Part shown: positions 15,791-20,000 of the stretch, in pieces
Layout of the letters: the number at the start of each line of letters is the position of its first letter
How positions within the stretch are numbered: the first letter of the stretch is position 1
From: an uncultured virus (IMG/VR IMGVR_UViG_3300031665_000001)
Lineage: Duplodnaviria > Heunggongvirae > Uroviricota > Caudoviricetes
DNA length: 20,000 nucleotides
Virus record (IMG/VR): IMGVR_UViG_3300031665_000001
Reading direction: 5' to 3' (one strand)
Translations under genes and position numbers: made by a program
The notes under the pieces: generated by a model
The model's database searches: none
What the model was told of the DNA's origin: nothing
The model's input: the letters and a program-made list of their open reading frames with translations, nothing else

Positions 15791-16102
15791 TCATATAGTT
15801 AGCTTTTTTAACTTTTCTATTGTTTGAACTTCTTGTTCTTCCTGTCTCTTTTGAATTTTTTTATCTGTTGGAATTAAAGTTTCCAGATTATATCCTGACA
15901 TATAATAACCTGCATAATACTTTTTGAGTAATTGATAAAATTCTTCTAGGAAATCATCTGGAAATTTAGAATTTGAAAAATTTTCTCCCCATTTATTTAA
16001 TACAAATTTATTACTTCCGTCTATTAAACCTGTATGTGATACAAAACTAATACAAAGTGAATATATTTCATCTTTCTCTATTTCTTTTATTACATCTGTC
16101 AT
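15791..16102 (-). CDS. Hypothetical protein
   Basis: 103 aa, ATGA-coupled to the upstream gene. Confidence 0.7.
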   Translation of the reverse strand: MTDVIKEIEKDEIYSLCISFVSHTGLIDGSNKFVLNKWGENFSNSKFPDDFLEEFYQLLKKYYAGYYMSGYNLETLIPTDKKIQKRQEEQEVQTIEKLKKLTI

Positions 16103-16284
16103 CCTTCTTCACCCTTTATATTCATTGTTATATTAGTAACTAAACCATCACCCCAACCATCAAGGGTTATTTCTGGTTCTGGATAATACTTTCCATTTAC
16201 ATAGACATTAATAACCCTTTCTCTACCTGTAGCACCTCCATATTCATTACCTTCTAACAAGGTAATCAGCTCTTTAACTGTCAT
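16099..16284 (-). CDS. Hypothetical protein (MTVKELI-type small phage protein)
   Basis: ORF track 16099..16314; likely start MTVKEL at 16284. Confidence 0.65.
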   Translation of the reverse strand: MTVKELITLLEGNEYGGATGRERVINVYVNGKYYPEPEITLDGWGDGLVTNITMNIKGEEG

Positions 16285-16606
16285 CTTCTTCACCATCACA
16301 TTCTTTAAAATCATTTATATTTACCTCTCCTAAAGATAACATGTTTACTATCACTACAGCAATATTACTTGTACCTATTAAACCTATTGATAGTAGTCCT
16401 TGTTTTATATTCTTGAATAATTTTAATTTAGGGTTTTTCAATTCTTCTACAGATAATTTCATTACCTCTTCACAAATGTTGAAATATTTTTCTGTAGTAT
16501 TTATAGGTTCTTTAGTCCTATATGGAAATGGTACAAATTCACTTATTTTAGCCATTTTTTTAACATCTATTAAATTTAAATAGAATATATAGTTATATTG
16601 TTTCAT
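16274..16606 (-). CDS. Hypothetical protein
   Basis: ORF track 16274..16624; GAGGAGG favours the MKQY start at 16606. Confidence 0.7.
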   Translation of the reverse strand: MKQYNYIFYLNLIDVKKMAKISEFVPFPYRTKEPINTTEKYFNICEEVMKLSVEELKNPKLKLFKNIKQGLLSIGLIGTSNIAVVIVNMLSLGEVNINDFKECDGEEDDS

Positions 16607-16886
16607 CTTTCGATTCCTCCTCATTTTCTAAATCTATTATTGTTTTAATTTTTAAACCTTTAATTTGCTTATAAATACTACTAAAAAAAGTTATAAAACA
16701 TTCTTGGCAAAATTTAATAGTACAAATATCTTTATATTCTAATTCAAAAAAATATGCTTCGTCATGAAGATATAATTCATTACTACAGAAATTACATTTT
16801 TCTTTTCTTTTTTTCATACTCTTTTTTGCTTCTATTCCTGTAATATCTTTACCACCTATAGAAAAAGACATTTTCTCAATACTCAT
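16593..16886 (-). CDS. Hypothetical zinc-binding protein (CNFC...CQEC)
   Basis: Two CxxC pairs; AAGGAGGT RBS. Confidence 0.75.
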   Translation of the reverse strand: MSIEKMSFSIGGKDITGIEAKKSMKKRKEKCNFCSNELYLHDEAYFFELEYKDICTIKFCQECFITFFSSIYKQIKGLKIKTIIDLENEEESKDETI

Positions 16887-16889
16887 TTT

Positions 16890-17318
16890 TTATACCTCCT
16901 TTAATATAGAATTTAAATATTCTTTAATATCTGGAATAGTCACAGGTTTAGAACCTATTGTATAGATAATATATTTTCCATCTAGGTTTAATAGTTTTTC
17001 AACATCTTCTTTTATAAAAGGTACTATTAAACAATGGTATTTACCTATATCATATTTTTTACATATCTTATTCATACTTGTAATGCTAGTTGCTTGTATT
17101 ATAGGTAATTTTTTATCCATATCTTTATGATACTCCAAATATTGAATTATTATATAATTTAGAGATATTTTTAAATCTTGTAACTTAATTCGAATCCTAT
17201 TCTTACTTAGTTCTGGTAAATCGTCATATTCACCATAAGCCACCAGTGACAAAATACCTAATAATTCATTATCATGTATATTTTTTAATCTAAACACATT
17301 CTCAGGAGTTAATTTCAA
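16890..17318 (-). CDS. Hypothetical protein
   Basis: 142 aa, TTG start overlapping the upstream stop. Confidence 0.7.
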   Translation of the reverse strand: MKLTPENVFRLKNIHDNELLGILSLVAYGEYDDLPELSKNRIRIKLQDLKISLNYIIIQYLEYHKDMDKKLPIIQATSITSMNKICKKYDIGKYHCLIVPFIKEDVEKLLNLDGKYIIYTIGSKPVTIPDIKEYLNSILKEV

Positions 17319-17542
17319 AATTTTTCACCTACCTTACTATTATTTAATAAAAATAAAAATCCTTTTTCAATTGTCTTAATATCAGCTTCACTTAATAATA
17401 AGTGATTGAAATTGATATTTAATTTCATTGAGATGCTATTATATATATTTTTATAAACATTCAAATGTAGTGTATCAGCGTTACTATCTCTTATAAATAA
17501 ATTAAAATCATTAAGTTTAATATGATAATCTTTTTTAATCAT
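17315..17542 (-). CDS. Hypothetical protein
   Basis: 75 aa, ATGA overlap. Confidence 0.6.
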   Translation of the reverse strand: MIKKDYHIKLNDFNLFIRDSNADTLHLNVYKNIYNSISMKLNINFNHLLLSEADIKTIEKGFLFLLNNSKVGEKF

Positions 17543-17964
17543 TTTTTATCATCTAACTTATATATAAATTGTTTACCTGTTTCATCTAGTTCTGCATGAC
17601 CTAATATATGATACGCTTTTGCAATATGTTTCAATCTTATAAAATACGTTTCTATAGTATATGTATCTTCTGGTGTTATTTTTTCAGCATCAAAACTCTT
17701 TAAAGCTATATTTTTCATAGGTTTACAACATTGTATATCAATATAGTTTACTCTTAAATCTTTATATTTATCTTTGTATTTTTCAAATATCAAGAATTGT
17801 TTCATTTCATGTGTCTTATATTCATCTGTTAAATAGTCTATTCTAAAATCTAATTTTTCTTTTGCCAATAGTTTATTTACCTCTATCAATATTCTTGAAA
17901 TTTCACCTGGTTTAAATACGTCATTAAGTGACTTAAATGACTTAACTAATGATTTTTCATTCAT
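17539..17964 (-). CDS. Hypothetical protein
   Basis: 141 aa, AGAGGA RBS, ATGA overlap. Confidence 0.7.
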   Translation of the reverse strand: MNEKSLVKSFKSLNDVFKPGEISRILIEVNKLLAKEKLDFRIDYLTDEYKTHEMKQFLIFEKYKDKYKDLRVNYIDIQCCKPMKNIALKSFDAEKITPEDTYTIETYFIRLKHIAKAYHILGHAELDETGKQFIYKLDDKK

Positions 17965-18329
17965 AATAATTTCCTCTTTCTGATCCAGGGTTCAAATGTA
18001 TCAATTTGCTCTTTTAGACCTTCAAAAGAACCATTAAAACAAATTGCCCTATCATCTATCGTCACAAATGCAGGTGGTTTTATATCTACTATATCATCAA
18101 CTTTTATGTCATTTAAGAAAAGCCAGTCTCTTATGGCATACTTTCCCTCAGGAGTAGCACTTCTACTTGATACAATCACAACATTATAATTTTCTCTTAG
18201 TTCCTCAATAAACTTTTTAACTCCTTTTACTGGTGGATCTGGTATTTCAGTAACACCTTTCCATCCAGATGTATAACTATGAATTACTCCATCAAAATCC
18301 ATAACTACTATTTTCTTAGGTTTATTCAT
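17961..18329 (-). CDS. Capless HAD-superfamily phosphatase
   Basis: Motif I DFDGVI, motif II SSR, KPPA, motif IV IDDRA. Confidence 0.85.
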   Translation of the reverse strand: MNKPKKIVVMDFDGVIHSYTSGWKGVTEIPDPPVKGVKKFIEELRENYNVVIVSSRSATPEGKYAIRDWLFLNDIKVDDIVDIKPPAFVTIDDRAICFNGSFEGLKEQIDTFEPWIRKRKLL

Positions 18330-18736
18330 ACTATCTTTACCTCCTTAATTAAATTAGTTACATCATCGAATTCTTTTCTATCAACATAATAAACACTTAT
18401 ATGCAATTCCCCACTGGCAAATACTTTTAATATCTTATGGCATACTGTAGAATCTTTATGGTTTATAATCGAATATAAGTCTACATTTTCAATTGTTAAA
18501 TTAGACCATGTATAATCTGTATTTAAAATTTCCCACTCATTATAAATATCTTTGCCAATTCTATATCTTTTAGTCCTGGTCCTTTTTTGTGTATGCATTA
18601 GTCTATTTTGTAATTCAAACATAGTATACATTTCATCTATTTTTCGTATTTTTCTTGTCTTATATTGTAATAATATTTGTTCTTTTCTGGCATTGATTAA
18701 TTTATATAAATTATTATAAAATTCTATACTAGTCAT
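18326..18736 (-). CDS. Hypothetical protein
   Basis: 136 aa, AAGGAGG RBS, first gene after promoter 18764-18792. Confidence 0.75.
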   Translation of the reverse strand: MTSIEFYNNLYKLINARKEQILLQYKTRKIRKIDEMYTMFELQNRLMHTQKRTRTKRYRIGKDIYNEWEILNTDYTWSNLTIENVDLYSIINHKDSTVCHKILKVFASGELHISVYYVDRKEFDDVTNLIKEVKIV

Positions 18737-18763
18737 ATTCCCTCCTTAATTAATTTATATTAC

Positions 18764-18792
18764 ATTATATAACAGTGTTTACAGTATGTCAA
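18764..18792 (-). promoter_or_regulatory. sigma70/sigmaA-type promoter
   Basis: TTGACA-tacTGTAAacactgtta(17)-TATAAT. Confidence 0.85.
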
Positions 18793-18807
18793 ATGATAGT
18801 CACATAC

Positions 18808-18839
18808 AAAAGAACACCTAAATATTTCAGGTGTTCTTT
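18808..18839 (-). terminator. Intrinsic terminator
   Basis: AAAGAACACCT-9nt-AGGTGTTCTTT inverted repeat. Confidence 0.75.
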
Positions 18840-18895
18840 ACTTAATTATTATATCATCACATCATTAATTATAAATGAACCTTTATAATATTATA

Positions 18896-18997
18896 TCATA
18901 CTTCAAATTCTAAATCACCTGGTCTTGTTGTTTTAGAATTAATATCACTACCGTACCTAACGAATACGAATGATTCATTAGTGCTTGTGATTACTCC
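18896..18997 (-). pseudogene. Start-less 3' remnant of a small phage gene
   Basis: GVITSTNESFVFVRYGSDINSKTTRPGDLEFEV* in a shifted frame overlapping the stop of 18991..19242. Confidence 0.5.
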
Positions 18998-19242
18998 TGC
19001 TTTTCAAAATAAGTATGGAACTCATTATTAGTCATTTGAAATAAAGGGTTATCGTCAGATGTACAGATATAACCCCCTTTATTGGCTATTTGTATACCCT
19101 CAGTAGTTTCTAAGTAACATATATTTTCATCATTTGTATAATTTATATTATTTTTTTCTACCATATCCAAAAACCAATCTGGTGGATTCTCATATCCAAA
19201 TCTAAAAGCGTCTATTTCATAAGGTTTACATTTATATTTCAT
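18991..19242 (-). CDS. Widespread small phage protein (KYxxKP.EI.AF...TxEG...G.YI type, PGDYG-like)
   Basis: MKYKCKPYEIDAF, PPDWF, ETTEGIQIANKGGYI, F..YFE; AGGAGGA RBS. Confidence 0.75.
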   Translation of the reverse strand: MKYKCKPYEIDAFRFGYENPPDWFLDMVEKNNINYTNDENICYLETTEGIQIANKGGYICTSDDNPLFQMTNNEFHTYFEKQE

Positions 19243-19271
19243 TTTTTTTTAATCCTCCTATCTTTTTCAAT

Positions 19272-19451
19272 TTAAAAATTCTTTAGATGTTTTGTTTTTA
19301 TTTGAAAACAATTTTTTTCCATGTAAGCATTATAACCTATATAAAACTCACAATTGGTGTCAGAGCAAGCATAATCATAATCTTGAGTTTTTTCACTTAC
19401 ATAACATTTTTTGCCACATATAGGACAATTTTTTTGATCATTTAAATACAA
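19272..19451 (-). CDS. Zinc-finger microprotein (59 aa, TTG start, not in ORF track)
   Basis: (M)YLNDQKNCPICGKKCYVSEKTQDYDYACSDTNCEF...; AAGGAGTG RBS. Confidence 0.7.
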   Translation of the reverse strand: MYLNDQKNCPICGKKCYVSEKTQDYDYACSDTNCEFYIGYNAYMEKNCFQIKTKHLKNF

Positions 19452-19520
19452 TTTTAATCACTCCTTCATATTTATTTAAACTCTTGTTCAGATAAAACAA
19501 AAGATTTTTAGATTACTTCT

Positions 19521-19850
19521 TTATTCCTGTATTTCACTTACATTATTTTTTTCTTCTTCTTTTATTTTTTTATATGTATCTACAAATTCTTTTATAATTT
19601 TTAATAAATCATTATCTTTATACTCTATTTCTATTGATGGAATTTTATCATCATACTTTTCATCCAAATACTTGATCTTACTTATTTCAAAAGATGTTAT
19701 ATGTTTTGAAATGATCGCTTTTTCACCTACTACCACCATATCTTCAATACATGTTTCATATAATAACCTGCCTAAATATGATTTATTCGCACTCCAAACA
19801 TATGTAGAATTATTATCATCTGTATTTATTGTTAATTTATAATCAATCAT
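19521..19850 (-). CDS. Hypothetical protein
   Basis: 109 aa, AAGGAGGA RBS. Confidence 0.75.
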   Translation of the reverse strand: MIDYKLTINTDDNNSTYVWSANKSYLGRLLYETCIEDMVVVGEKAIISKHITSFEISKIKYLDEKYDDKIPSIEIEYKDNDLLKIIKEFVDTYKKIKEEEKNNVSEIQE

Positions 19851-19880
19851 TTTTTAATCCTCCTTAAATGAATTAATTAC

Positions 19881-19909
19881 ATTATATTACACTAATTACA
19901 CTAAGTCAA
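19881..19909 (-). promoter_or_regulatory. sigma70/sigmaA-type promoter
   Basis: TTGACT-tagTGTAAttagtgtaa(17)-TATAAT. Confidence 0.8.
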
Positions 19910-19924
19910 TTGTTTTTAAAGATA

Positions 19925-19953
19925 TTGATTTTAGAAAGTATATAAGGTATAAT
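19925..19953 (+). promoter_or_regulatory. Divergent rightward promoter (target outside window)
   Basis: TTGATT-17-TATAAT. Confidence 0.6.
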
Positions 19954-20000
19954 GATGTTATTGATGACATAATGAAATAATTGTAAAATCTCATTAAAAA

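Noticed and set aside
2887..16583. Plus-strand ORFs at 2887, 6452, 7854, 13132, 14484, 14859 and 16341
   Set aside because: They lie opposite better-supported minus-strand genes, have F/L/I/S-rich shadow composition and lack convincing RBSs.
1..20000. tRNA, rRNA, integrase, transposase or virion structural genes
   Set aside because: None recognisable by eye; lifestyle (temperate or lytic) cannot be determined from this window.

Overview
Very AT-rich segment of a dsDNA bacteriophage or prophage, with host-type TTGACA-17-TATAAT promoters and AGGAG/GGAGG RBSs, so probably a low-GC Gram-positive or Fusobacteria-type host. Almost everything is on the minus strand. The left end is a replication module: a family B DNA polymerase (1-1990, missing from the ORF track because it runs off the window), a DUF2815/gp2.5-type SSB, an SNF2 helicase and a RuvC-like resolvase. 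The rest is a long early/accessory array of small genes in promoter-led cassettes. It includes an Acb2/Tad1-hairpin-like candidate anti-defence sponge, an HNH-like nuclease, two orphan methyltransferases flanking fragments of two others, an XRE HTH, a DUF5565-like RNA ligase, a HAD phosphatase and several Cys-rich microproteins. The most unusual element is the only plus-strand unit (about 9310-11451). It has CTAGCAA boxes, a promoter overlapped by 11-bp direct repeats, an unannotated 48-aa ribbon-helix-helix protein, a 63-aa protein, a 4-TM protein with 22 FKDxxxx heptads and a possible C-terminal DNA-binding domain, and a bidirectional terminator. All family calls come from motif recognition by eye, not database searches.
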